Assembly: GCF_009914755.1 (NCBI RefSeq)
Contig: NC_060928.1
Reading direction: 5' to 3' (one strand)
Source: the human T2T-CHM13v2.0 reference genome, Homo sapiens
Length of the DNA stretch: 64,000 nt
Below, piece after piece: positions 14,809-29,145 of this stretch; position 1 is the first letter of the stretch; each line of letters starts with the position of its first letter. A program made the position numbers and the translations under genes. The notes beneath the pieces were generated by a model that was not told the origin of the DNA, did not search any database, and saw nothing but the letters and a program-made list of their open reading frames with translations.

Positions 14809-15844
14809 GAGCATTCCATTTGAAAAATTGTTTCTTAATCTTTTAAGAACTGTGTTCTATAGAATGTGTGCAAAGCATATCTTTAATTCACCTTCTCAAA
14901 AATTAAGATGGCCGTGAATTAGGATGTATGACAGCGAGACACGTATGTGCACCATTCTGGTCTTCCTGTGGGTTTTTAATCCACTAGTGAGCATACCCCA
15001 CGAGGAGGAGACCTGGGGTCTTCCGTGCCTTTCTTCATATCCCCAGAACCCAGCTTCAGTCCAGACATCATGCATACGCAATAAATGCTTGTTGAGTACA
15101 TGAAAGAACATATGGCATAGGCTTACTTGAAATGGGTTGCAGTGTGTTTCAGATTTAGAATGTAAAAGTTTAGTAGACACCATTTCATTTGTATCATAAA
15201 ATTAACATTTATTTTTGATTACTCTCAGTGCCATTAACTTGTTTCATAATTAAGGATTATCCAAGATCATAGCTTTTCTTCCTGTTTCTAGTTGTTTCTC
15301 ACCTGGTGTTTGCTAGGCAAGCTATAGACATTTGTTGACCTGATTCATTTATGTGAGATTTTTATCTAAAGGTGGCCAGAGAAAGAGAACAAGCAAAACT
15401 TATTTTGGTTTTTGCAACTGGCTAATAGGAATATTGAAACTAAAATAGCTTGCAGTTACCTAGCTAAAAGGGAAATGCTCAGTATAGTAAATGAATGAAT
15501 TTGCAAGTTTCCATTTATCAAATGCTAGCAACACCCATCACCCCACTGGATTCTCACTCTAATCCTGAATAGGAGGCAAAGCTAATTTTAAATCCCCATT
15601 TTATGGAAGGGAAAACTGAGACCCTGATTAAGAAACCTTTCAGTAACTCATAGCTAATATGTATAGGATTCAACTTTAAAACCTAGGCTACTGACTCCAA
15701 ATTCACTGCCTCTTCCTCTTCATCAAGCTGAATGTTGTAAGTTATTGGTGATGTTTTATCTATGCTCTCTGATACCTATGATTTTTAATAAGCAGAAATT
15801 TTCTATATGCATGTAGTTGTAACTTTATTTTTTACCGATTTGCA

Positions 15845-16430
15845 AACAGTGATGTTTTAAAAATATAAATCAGATTATCTCAGTCTCTGTTTTACGAATC
15901 TTCTTATGCTTCACATTGAACTTAAGATAAAAAATCTAGAAGTCTTACCTGGGCCTGGATTTTGCTTACACCTTGGCCATCTTGTCCCAGACCTCTTCCT
16001 TCTACTCACTCTCCTCAGCTACATTGGCCTTCTGGTTGTTCCTTGAATATACCAAGTCCACTCCTACCTCAAAGCCTTTCTGCTGACTGTTCAATCTGCC
16101 TGGAACGCTTGTCCTCCAGTCTCTCGTTGGCTAAAGTCTCTTGTTCCTTTGTATCATTCAACTTTTTTCTCAAATATGACCTCCCTAGCAGCCTTCAGAC
16201 CATACAATTAGAGTACTACTGCGTGGCCTACTTGTGTGCTATCTGAAATTTTCTTCTTATTTATTTACCTGTTTTCTGTTCCCTCCACTGCCCCATCCAC
16301 TCACTGTACCAAGATTACAAATTCCAAAGAACAAGAACTTTGCTTGTCTTGTTCACTGTTGCCCTTCCTGTGCCTAGAATAGTGGACAACACATAGCAGG
16401 CACTTGATCAAGAATATTGGATAAACAGTA
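15845..16430 (+). mobile_element. L2 3' end
   Basis: gtcttgttcactg...tgcctagaatagtgg...acatagcaggcact. Confidence 0.7.
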
Positions 16431-19001
16431 AATATCTGAAAATAGTTCCTTCTCATTGGCTCTTACATTTTTGACATTTTAAAATTTTCTTTATTTTTAT
16501 TTGTAGTTGTGGGTATATTTAGCACAGAAGACATGGGATGGTACAAATGCCTAGTAGTTTTGTTGTGTAGGATTATGCTAATTTTCCAGAAAATTCATCT
16601 TTTGATGAATACGAAGATGATCTCCTACCAGAGAGCAGACTACCTGTTAAGGCCTTTAGCTGTATGTTTTGGGAACCACAGGCAGGAAGTTGGCATAGGG
16701 TTCTGCTGAGTGGAGATATTCCTCCAAGTGGATGACAGCCTCCTTTCCTCTGGATGAGGTTGCAGATCATCTGTAGGTGGAACTTGGATCCTATGTGTCT
16801 TATACTTCACCAACAGACACTCTCTTCCATTTTCCTTTTATTCCCACCTGGTGTTGATATTATCTCATTGTATTTAGGTCGTATTTGTTTGGGTTTTTGA
16901 TTTTTGTGTTTTGTCTCGAATTATGCTTTGATGACACATACTGAGGTTGGACTTTCTAAAGCACCAAACTGTGAAATAAAATGGCCTAAGAGGTGAAAAC
17001 TGTCCCAGCTGTGCTTCAGATTAGCTGTGCATGTCTCTGGGAAATCTTCATATCTGTTTGGGGTTCATTTTTTCTTCTACAAAAATGGTGGGACACATAC
17101 ATGACCTATCTCTACAGGGCAGGACTTTTGGGAAATAATGCACCTCAGAAGTTATATAAATATAACATATCATCAGCATAATCACTTCAAAGCATGTCAT
17201 CAATAAGTATTTACTGAAAATATTTATATCTTAACTTATATAGGATGGCATAGTGGTTTTTAATAAAATTGCAAGTGAATATCCTTGACTCTTACTCAAA
17301 AAATCTCTCACACAAAAAATGTCCTTGATTTAACACAAAATACAAGATAAGCAGGTGTTGGGCATTTCAACAATGTGAATTCAATGTTATCTTTTATTGT
17401 TGAGTATTATAAACAGAACACTGGATTGGAGCAGTGTTTACCTGAAAAAAAATACAGCTGTCTTAGTCTTGAAAGTGAACATTATGGCTTTTTATTTTTT
17501 AATTTATGGTAAAACATTGTGAGAGAAATCATAGTTTCTGCTACTTTTAAGTAAGGCCTAGTGTTATATGTCAGTTGATTGATAGATTGATTTTTTCCAA
17601 TCTTCCCTTTATGTGATAGGGAAGATTCTGCCATATAAGTGTAATTTTTACAAAGGATGAATACCATGAAATATTAAAAACAGCTTAAAAATCTCAATAT
17701 ATATAAAAGAGGAGTTTTGAGGCCGTGATTGCTAAAAATATTAATATAGTTCTTAGATATAGAGGACAAAAAGCATACCTCTTTAAAAGATAATTTTAAA
17801 ATAATGAATTTTGGGGTAGGACATTTTGTTATTTTTTCTACTTTGCCTAATTAACAACAAAGCTCAGATCTCAGTCTGTCTGGTAGCAATGGTATTTCAT
17901 CTTATTAGAAAAATCTAAAACTATTAGACAGAGTGGTTGATCTGTCAGCTCTGCAGTCATCAGTGGTCCACAGCTATTGAAAAGGGCATAGCTCCATATG
18001 TATGGATGAGGGGTCTCCAAGGTAAATTGTTCAACCTCCAAAATATATTGTTAAGTGAAAAAACAAGGTGTAGGACAGTGTGTACTATATGCTACACATA
18101 TATATTTTTAAATTCTATATATTTTTTATAAATTCTCCTCTGGAAAGTCTTTCAGGTTGCCTTCAGAGAGTAGGCTGGAGTCCTGTGGTACAAAGGTGAC
18201 AGTGAGATATTTTACTGTATATCCTTTTGATGCTTTTGAGTTGTCAACAACTGTACAAAAATATTATCTTAAAATTCAGTTTAAAATGACACTGTTAAAA
18301 ACTACTAAGAAAAGTAATGTATCTGAGAAAAGCAAAAGTAGCGAGAAAAAGAATTTTGTACATTTAAAAATGTGGCTTTGGAGATATCATATCTATCTGT
18401 GTATTTTAAACCAGAAGATTTGGGATATTTACACCACCTGAGAGAATGCATTGATCTAAGAAATTTGGGTTCTGGGCCTGAGTGTGCTACTAACCAGCTC
18501 TGGGGAAGTCACTCAGACTTCAATTCAGACTTCACCAGGCCTCAATTTTCTGAACTATAAAATGAGAAGAGTGAATAAATTGCCTTCCAACTGGTAAAAC
18601 CAATAAGTCCAAAATAAGTTATAAAGAAGCATTTTTAAAAGGTTAAATTTATGGTTAAAAAATAAGTGCATTCATGAAAAGAGCAGCCAGCTTGGCTCTC
18701 CGTGGGCAAAACAGCACTTGTGCACTCTGAGTACCGCCTCTTGGTAGCAGCATGTTGGAATTGCAGTGAAAATTACCGAGAACAGCCAATTAATCTTGCA
18801 TGCAAAAATGGAATATCCTGTCTGTCACAATCACTGTAGGGACATTTCTCAACATATGAATATATGGTGGTATCAAAGTCAAAGATAGTCTAAATTCAAG
18901 ACTATTAAACCATTTGAAAAATTTTTGTTACTGATCTGTAGAAATCTGGCAAGCACAGGTTCTTTATAATTTGTTATAACCTTGGATTGCATGAATTTTA
19001 A

Positions 19002-19231
19002 CAGAGGTCAGCAAACTTTTTCCATAAAGCATCAAATAGTAAAGATTTTATGCTTTGTGGCCCCTCAGGTCTCCATTGTAACTACTCAACTCTGCAGTTG
19101 TAGCACAAAAGTAGCCATAGACAATATGTAAATGAATGAGGATGGTTATATTCCTGTTCCAGTAAGACTTTATTTATAAGTACAGGTGTTGGACCAGATT
19201 TGGCTCATGGATTGTAGTTTGTTGACCTCTC
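19002..19231. mobile_element. MER58A hAT-Charlie element
   Basis: TIRs cagaggtcagcaaact / agtttgttgacctct; internal caactctgcagttgtagc...agccatagacaata. Confidence 0.85.
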
Positions 19232-20166
19232 AATTATGATACACTCCTACCCTAAGTTTCTCTTTGCACAGTATTCTAAGTTACCTAATTGCCTGATTCC
19301 CGAACGTGGAAATAACATTCTACATTCTACAGCCCCTTACCTTCAATCACTTATTTATGAATAACCTACTTTGCAAATACTACACTTTACCCAATTACCC
19401 CGATGCTAACCATATTTTAATTTTATAAGTTGCTTTCCTTGTTTCTCTTCACTCTGGGTTTTTATGTCCTGAAAACAGGCAATGATAGTTGTTTCTCTTG
19501 CATTCCCTTGCTTGTGTAACCATTGTTATATAATTTCAATCTTTAGCTGAAAATCTTTTGCTCAAATATCTTTTGTACCTAGGGACTCTTGGTTAGCCTT
19601 GTTTAAAATCTTCAGAATATGATTGGCTAACCTCTTATTAAACACATTCTTCCCTTTTTAAAGTGAAACTCAACCACATTGAAAAAGCCACTCTTCTCAA
19701 AGAGCAAGTAGGGTCTGACTTAGAATGTGTCTTGGCGAATCATTTGTAAAGATAGAAACTGGTCTTTGAATTTAGTGCATCCCTGGAGAGATCCATGTCT
19801 TAGCCAGGAAAATTGGCAACAAGCCTTACCTGAGTTGTAATACCTGGTTCCAGTTCCAGATAATTCCCTCACAACCTCAATCCAGCTCTCCCCCTTGTCC
19901 TTTTCCTTGAAGCCCTCCTCAGTCTCTACCTTTTCTCATCTCTCAACATTTCTAAATTCTAAAACTTCACCTGCCGTGGACCAACTTGATGTTGGCAAAG
20001 CTCTTCACTTATATGCATGAAGGCTGATAGATTATTGAGATTTACTATATGCTTTAAATTCACTGCTTTTCCTATCCAGCAATTTAGCTGTAGCCCCGGA
20101 TAAAGGTGATTTGTGTGATCCATCTTGCTTTATGTCTCACTTGACATTCTGCCTTTTTCATGACAG

Positions 20167-20236
20167 GTTGCTGAATGCTATAAAGCCAGGACTTGTTAAA
20201 AAGATCAATAGATTGCCTACCCCCATTGCAGGACTG
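20167..20236 (+). CDS. LIMCH1: Internal coding exon (70 nt) of LIM and calponin homology domains-containing protein 1; CH-domain segment [23 protein letters not shown]
   Basis: Acceptor ttgacattctgcctttttcatgacAG, then G TTG CTG AAT GCT ATA AAG CCA GGA CTT GTT AAA AAG ATC AAT AGA TTG CCT ACC CCC ATT GCA GGA CTG, then donor GTgagt. The peptide matches my recollection of the LIMCH1 CH domain; LMO7 has the similar LINKLKPGVIKKINRLSTPIAGL. Too short for the ORF track. Confidence 0.93.
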
Positions 20237-20975
20237 GTGAGTACGTGGAATTGAGATTTATTTTCCAATATTCCTTTGCTCTAACCTAGGGGTCATGACA
20301 GCACCATTTATTACAGTTCTCTCCTGCAATATATATTCCACTTGAATGAGAACGCATTGAATCCATTAAACGAAGAGGTCACTTAAAATGAAAGATTGCA
20401 GTCATGCCTAAATGGCATGTTAATCTTTGTTTGTGTTTTTTCCATGAGTGATAAGGACCTTCATTCTCAAAGAGCTAAATTTGTTTTGGTGTGAGAGGCT
20501 GATAATTAGGTTGACCCTTGGGGGAGGAATGTGATTTTAATTACGTTTTCTCATTTCAGTTCATCACTGCATTCCCCTAGAATGGAGGGTAGGGGAGGTA
20601 GAGAGAAAGAGAATTTTAAGAGAAAACAGTCGTTTTATAATAAATTGCTGCTTTCAATATTATAATCTACTTGGGTTGAAATACCACAATTGTAGGCCAA
20701 CTATCCTGAAGACATACTGGGGCACTAAGGTGGTCTAACGTCATCTGGAGAACTGTTTAAGCAGAATCCTTGCCCTTCTGAACCTATCCACATAAAATCT
20801 AAAACTTACATGTTCATATGTGGTTAGAAGCAGAATATTTTTTTCATGCGTTGATATGTCTTATAATTCTTGGCAACTAATTTTTTAATTGCTTCATCGA
20901 TGTTGCCTTTGTGTAGAAAAAGGAAAGAAGTAGAAGATGAGGAAGACAATCAAATCTTAGTTTTGGAAGGAATTG

Positions 20976-21020
20976 GCATATGTGTGTGTGCGTGCACACG
21001 CGCGCGCACACACACACACA
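20976..21020. repeat. Compound (TG)/(CG)/(CA) alternating purine-pyrimidine tract
   Basis: gcatatgtgtgtgtgcgtgcacacgcgcgcgcacacacacacaca. Confidence 0.95.
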
Positions 21021-23189
21021 GAGCAGAGGAAGTATGTAGCTCGGTAATGACTCACTGATTGTTTCCATTGTGATCGCCTTCTGCGCATGTAGTTTTGCAG
21101 AAAGCAATGAGAAGAATGTCAAGAATTTAAGCAGGATCCTACGTAGACCTTACTGATTGTTGTTAAAAAGCTTCTTAGCCATATCACGATGACTAATTGA
21201 AATTAGATGTGACAAAAAACCAATTGTGTTTGAGAATTGTGGGGGGTCCTTGTGGGAAGGTACATGGTTTCAGCAAGTTGAATGAAATAGATGTTTTCTT
21301 TAAGAACTGCTATTTCTGTGGATGCATTTTATTCCCCATATTGGTTGGTAGTGAGCTGGTGATTAGTCGTTAAAAATCTTTCTAATTTTGTTCTTCAGAA
21401 TCATGTAACCAAATAAGTTAGTTAATATCGAGATAGATACATATATTTGGAAGGAATATATTTGAATAGTTCTATAAAATAAATAATATATAAGTATTAT
21501 ATATCAGTGTATACATATATCAATTATTTTAAAACATTTAGTAAATTCACCTCTTCCAAATGTTAAAGCCAAGGTCTTAATGATCCTGATGAACATCTGT
21601 TTGTCCCTAAGCCTATGGCAACTCTGGACCCTGGAGCTCTGGGGTTTAATGTTATAGAAGCAAAATTTGCAGCATAAAACTAAGGAAGGCCCCAGGAAAA
21701 TCCAGATGAGGAGAAACAAGTCACTCCCAGTCCAGTAGCTAAAGAGAAAAGGCTTTCAAAACCTCAATTTAAAATGGAAATCATAAATAATTTTAGTAAA
21801 ATTAACTGTTAGGGGCACATGCATTTGTCTTTATATTATTTCCTATCATGGATCAAATGTTGTTTCTCACATATTGCCTCTGTCTTGGAGCATTTGGGCA
21901 ACTTGATACAAGAAGACAAGGTGACCTCATCTTCTTTCCTTCTATTTATGTTCTTGACTAGTATTCCTCTACTTTCTTTTTTCATTTGGATTTCCTTTTC
22001 ACTTTGTCCTTGCTATCGCTTTTTTTTTTTTTTTGCCCCTTTCAATGAACACCTCCCCTGCTTACCGTCACCCTGTATCATTTATATTTTCTTAACTAAT
22101 TTATCATCTTTAGTCCAAAAAAATACTTTCTTAAGTAAAGTCACCTACTAACCCATTCACTAGTGACTCCTGAATCTACAAACCTGGTCAAACTCTTTTC
22201 CTTTGCTCCAGTTGCCTTGAGATCAACATTTCCACAAAAACCAGAGCACTTGTGGCCCTGGTGGGAAACAGATCGCCATCCCGCAACCCCCTGTTATGTT
22301 CATGTACTTCCACGGTTCTCGCGTCATGCCTGTGCCTCCCTTTCTATGCTCATATTCTTGACTGTGTCCATGACTTCAGCTCTCCATGATATTGACCCAA
22401 AGCAGCATTTCTCATCAAGTACTCTCTCCTGAACTCCAGACCTCGTGTTCTGTCTATTGGACAGTTTCATCTCGGTATCCTACTGGCACCTCAAACTTAA
22501 CATATTCAAATGGGACTTGCATCACCAGTCCTGTGCACCTATTTCCCAATGTAAGTGAAGGCATCATAGACATGCAGTTGCACCAGTTCAGCTATCAAAG
22601 AATTTTCCCATTTGTCTACTTGTCTGCATTTCCTTGGCCACTGCCCCAGAGCAGGCCATCCTCATCTCTTGCCTGGACTATAATAGTTGACTCACAGTTC
22701 TGCAAACACTCTTCACTCCCATGAATGGTGCCTTTTCTTGTGATATGTGTTATTCATTGAATACTTTCCTCCTGCTCTTCTTGACAAAATTATATTTGTC
22801 CATCAAGATCTAACACAGACTAACACATCTTTTAAGTTAAAAAATAAAATAAATTAAATAAAACTAAAGATCTAATGCAAAACAGCCTCCTTTGTGAAAC
22901 CTTTAGTATTTATAGTCCATTATGATCTTTTATTATAGAATACAGAGAATATCCCCTGGTATAGGAGAAAATGAGTTAATACTCGAGAGAGATAAAAGTA
23001 GCTCTGTTCTGAAATATATTTTGGAAAGTAAGATTTTGAATAACTATGGTTAACAGTTTGAAATTAAAGGCCTGCAAATGGTTTCGTATTCATGTCAAGA
23101 CACTATGTCTTTAAGTAGTTGGCCATGATCAAACTTACCGATATCTATAATGGGTCCAAATGATGTTAGATGTCCTGGTGATGCACTAA

Positions 23190-24125
<936 letters not shown>

Positions 24126-26283
24126 GATTAAAATACATTAATTCTCTTATTTTCAGGGGAGACATAGGAAACCTCAAATAATTAATGGGTTTGAAGATGG
24201 CAGAGATCATCTTGTTAGTAGAGATGCAGCCTTTGTGTGAGGGTATTTTTCAAACAATATTTTCTTCTTCCAAATATTCATGACAGTCAGGAAAGGGCAG
24301 ATAGAAAAATCCCTGAAATACTTCTGAATACATCAGGTTGGTTTTTTCACTTTGTCAGGGGTTGACAGGCCACTGACCGTCTGTTGATCAAGAAGTCCAT
24401 AGTAGCAGGGGCCATAGAGATCTGAGAAGTGTGGCCAGAGGGTTTTCTATGCCTGGAAGCCATGCCCGTGTGTCTTAATGGGCTAGTGTTGAGAAGCCAA
24501 TCCATTAAGATGGCCCAGCTGCTTGACTTGAAGATAAATAAAAAAGTGTGTTTTCACATAGCAATATCAAATTATAAACATATGTAGATTTACAAAGGCA
24601 TGAATAGGTGTATTTTAGCCCCTGAGTTAAGCTGTGGTTACAAAGAATTCAGGGGTGAAGGTGTTAAAACAAAGTAGTTGAAAATCATTTCCTGGCAAGA
24701 ATGCAAAGACCCTGAATCCGGGTCTGCATTTCTTCTGCAACGATTGCTGACATATGAAGCCGTGTGGTGACTGCCTGCAGATGCTTGCATTCTCTTTTAG
24801 GTGTTAGTGATACTGTTTGCTGCTGCCAGAGAGAAAGTCCTCAAATTTAGGTCTTGGCATACCAAAGGTTTTTTTTTAAAATGCTGCACTTCAGTCTGCT
24901 AGCTCATCAGTATTGTACTATCGAGCCACATCTTGAAACTCAATTTAGTGGTCATCAGAGATCATGCTAAATGTTGTTTCATCCCAGGAGCTTTAGGTTT
25001 TGTGCAAAAGCCATGAATGTATGAAATCTTTGCTTATGATAGGAGTTTGGGGATTAAGCCTTTTCTTGCACAGATTTGAATTGTGACAGCCGTCGTGTGT
25101 GCACATATGCACATGTGAAGTATAATTGGAAATAGGTGATATTTGCGGATTCTGCCCCTGAGTGCTGAACCTTCTTAGAGTTGTCATGAAATACTGTTTG
25201 ATTTTTCCATGGGTCTGTAAGGATAAAAGTGATCTGAGGAAAAGACAATTTTACGTCTTAGATGTATCTTAGAAGGACATCTTAGATGTGTTTGTTTTGC
25301 AGATGAGGACATGTGGGTCCATAAAGGGAAATTATTTGCCCCACATTAGACAAACAGTAAAAGATGAGATGGATCCCGAGCCCTGGCCACCCCTCTCCTT
25401 GGTTATTACATATACACTGTTCCCAGTTGAAGATGGGACACATTTTAATGACATTTTATTTTACCTTTTTTGAAAAAGAGAGGAAGGCAAAAACTCATTT
25501 TTTAAGTTCATCTCTTTTTTTTCTTTCTGTCGGCCAATACCTACAAAATATCTTTCTGAGCTCTGTGAAAGGCCTTACTTCATGTATCACTTCTTAGCCT
25601 GATGAACGATGGAAATTTGACGCTAGCTGAAGGTCAGAAGCAGAAGCAGGAATGTGACTGGTCAGATGATCCTACCATTCAGTAACCCTAACCCACTCAG
25701 AAACGCATTTTGGGGAAAAGGATGTACTTTTCTCTAATCAAAGATAAGATTTCAAATATGGTTAGAGCTTCCTGCCATGGAAAAAAATGTAAGTTTCCAT
25801 AAGTTCTTTAGACTTTAGGAAGCTTTCAAAAGTTATCTGCTTTAGTTTATGAAAACTGACATCAGAACAGTTGCCATTTCATCGAGTGAGATCAGAGTAG
25901 GGGAAGTGATGAAAGAGCTGTAGTGATTTCCACATTATGAGAAGATTAAAAATATTGTTTTGGACAAAACTAGACATACAAGGCTGTTAACCTGAGTAGT
26001 ATGAGTGAAAAGCCTTTATGCAGACTTCATCTTTTTAGGAGGATAACAATGCAATAAATTGGGGTCCTCACTGCTTTGGGTGTCTAGCTGTCAAGAAAAG
26101 GTTTCCTGCACATCCTTCCTAAGAATTAGCTCTGGTGTGCCTCAACTCATCCTGATCAATGTCTTCTCTTCTAGAACTTTACCTTCCCTCCAGTGGTTTA
26201 TCTTATAGATTACCTTAGAAAAAACTGGTTAAAGTTCTGTTCTCCGGGCTCGGTCTCTCCTCCAGTTAAAATTGTTGTTTTTT

Positions 26284-26646
<363 letters not shown>

Positions 26647-27232
26647 TTACCACAGTGATAACCATCACGTATCACATTCCTACCCTGCCCCAGGTGCAGT
26701 GCTAGATCATCCTTCCTAATCTTTACAACACACCTGTGATGTTGTTATTGCTGTATCTTTACTCTAAAGTTCAAAGAAATGTCACCAGCTTTCCAACTAA
26801 TAAGAGGCAGAGTTGGTACTTGAACCTGGGTTTGCCCAACTCTACATCTGTGCCTTTTCTACTGTGTTATACTCTCTCCATTAGACCCTAGGATATAGAA
26901 TTGAATCTCAACACTTTCCGAACATTTGTTTGGAGACATCAACCTCTAAGGAGACCTAAGTTGTTAGAAATCAGACTCTCTCATTTAAAATTTATTAATT
27001 CAACCAAATTGAGGAAGTGGCCTTTTTGAAAAAGGCACTGCTACATGTAATGTTTCTACCATGGCCACTATCAAATCAGGCTTCATGTGGCCATACCTAA
27101 CAAGTGATCATAGGAAAGCATTAGAATTCTTTACTGGAGTCTTAAAAAAAAAGTCAGAGTGATTTTATTCATAATATGCAGCAGAATTACCTAAAATGCC
27201 CTCCTCTCTTTCTCTTCTACAGTCTTTCTCTG

Positions 27233-27233
<1 letters not shown>

Positions 27234-27284
<51 letters not shown>

Positions 27285-27286
27285 AC
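27234..27286. repeat. (CA)n microsatellite, about 26 units with one interruption
   Basis: Read directly from the sequence. Confidence 0.97.
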
Positions 27287-28573
27287 CTTATACTTGCCAA
27301 CTCTCCCAAACCTCTCTATGCCCAGTGACCTCAAATCTTTGAGCCTCACACTGTGCTAGTTCTTGCCTTCCTTGCTTCTTACCCTTTTGTCTGCTATGAC
27401 TAATGGTTAGCTCTTTCCAGTGCAAATCAATCCAGCTAGACTCGGCTCCTTTTGCCCCTGATTCTGATTCTGGACAACAAAGACTCAGAGACAGGAAGAC
27501 AGAATTCTCCTTCATGGGTAGGGGAGAAGGAAGGGCTTGGAATAAAAACCCTCATGTGTTTTTCCTGCTACTCTGTGTTCTCTGTAGTAGTTGCATGGTA
27601 CGATCCGGAGTCTCCAGGGGTCGTCCTCCCCTTCTTTAGGGGAACAAGTAAAAACTGGTAGCCAAGCGATGTTCTGTGTGAAGAAGGCATATTCACTGAG
27701 GGAAATGAATAGACATTGTGAGGTTTCTCAGCCAAAATGGAATTTAATGACACACTTTCCTTTATCCTCATCCCTGGCACAGTATGAGAAACCTCGGTTG
27801 CGTTCCCACACCACACACAGAGGGAATGCTCAATTTGCTGCTCTCAAGTTTGATGCCAAAGCCAAGCCAACATAGGAGTGATGGTTAGCATTTTAGTAGG
27901 TCTAGCCATGAAAGACTACACACCGCAGGGAAAAACAACAAAACACACGAGGTCTTTGGTGCATTCCACCTGCATTCAATTGAAAGGTGGAATATGAACT
28001 TGGGGATTCTAAGTTTATTTACTGCCTCCCAGGTTGATATGGCTTGTGTGCTGCTGTTTGAAACAGCCTTTACAGTTAGCTTGTAAAAAATGTACAGGTC
28101 ATCTCGTGTCCCTCATCTTCTCATAATTTTATATGGCTCCCTACTGAATGTGGAATAAAATCCAAACACTTCAGAAACGTATTTAAGGCTCTTCCTGAGT
28201 GAAAGTAACATTCGAGTAACATTCAAAAGTAACATTTATCTCTCACTTTGTACATCACACTCGGAAACCAGGGCAACAGATGGTTCATGACCTACACCAA
28301 AAGGCTTGACCACATCGTGAATACAGTGATAAAAGTGTGTCAGATGGCAAGAGCCATTCTCCACTGTAGGTTGGACCGGGTGAAGGGGAGTTCTGATGCC
28401 CACTGGAGCAGGCTGGCTTTTGGTTGTTCACTGATGTGCTTGGATCAGACCAATAAGTTAGTCCCCTTGCGCATCTTTTGTGGGTATTTGGGAAGACTTA
28501 ATAAGAATTTTTTGTCCCTTCACTCATCTTGTGATTATTATGTCCTTTCTGGTTTTCTTTTATTTGGTGAGAG

Positions 28574-29145
28574 TTTTAGTTATTAATTGCTCTATAACAA
28601 ATTACCCCAGAACTTAGTGGCTTAAAACAACAACATTTATCATCTCATTGTTCTCATGGGTCAGGAATATGAGCAAGGCTTAGCTGGGTCTCTGGTTCAG
28701 GGTCCCTCACAAGGCTGCATTCAAGGTGTTGGTCAGTATCATTTCCAGGCCAGAGTAGGGAGCTTAGAACTTCCGTTTCTAAGCTTACTCGTGGATATTG
28801 GCAGGATTCAGTTCCTCACAGGCTGTTGGCCAAAGCCATCCTTGTGTACTTGCCATGTGGGTCTTTCTATAGAACAGCTTACAGGGTTGCAGCTTGCATC
28901 ATCAGAGTGAGCAAGCAGGAAGGGCCTGAGAAAGAAAGAAAGAGAAAGGGAGGGAGACAACAAGTGAGATGGAAGTCACAGTCCTTTATAACCTAATCTC
29001 TGAAGTGATGTTTTGTCAGTTCTGCCTTATTCTATTAATTAAAAGCAAGTTGCTAGGCCCAGCCCACATTCAAGGGGAGGAGGTCCCACAAGGGTCTGAA
29101 TGCCAGGAGGAAGGGATCTCTGGGAGCTCTTCAGAAGCTGCTTGT
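28574..29145 (-). mobile_element. MLT1 (F-like) MaLR LTR
   Basis: ataacaaattaccccagaacttagtggcttaaaacaacaacatttat...gggtcaggaat...cagcccacattcaagggga. Confidence 0.8.

Noticed and set aside
28204-28236. agtaacatt repeated three times; also small duplications near 32341/32378 and 55822
   Set aside because: These are ordinary short slippage duplications with no spacer organisation.
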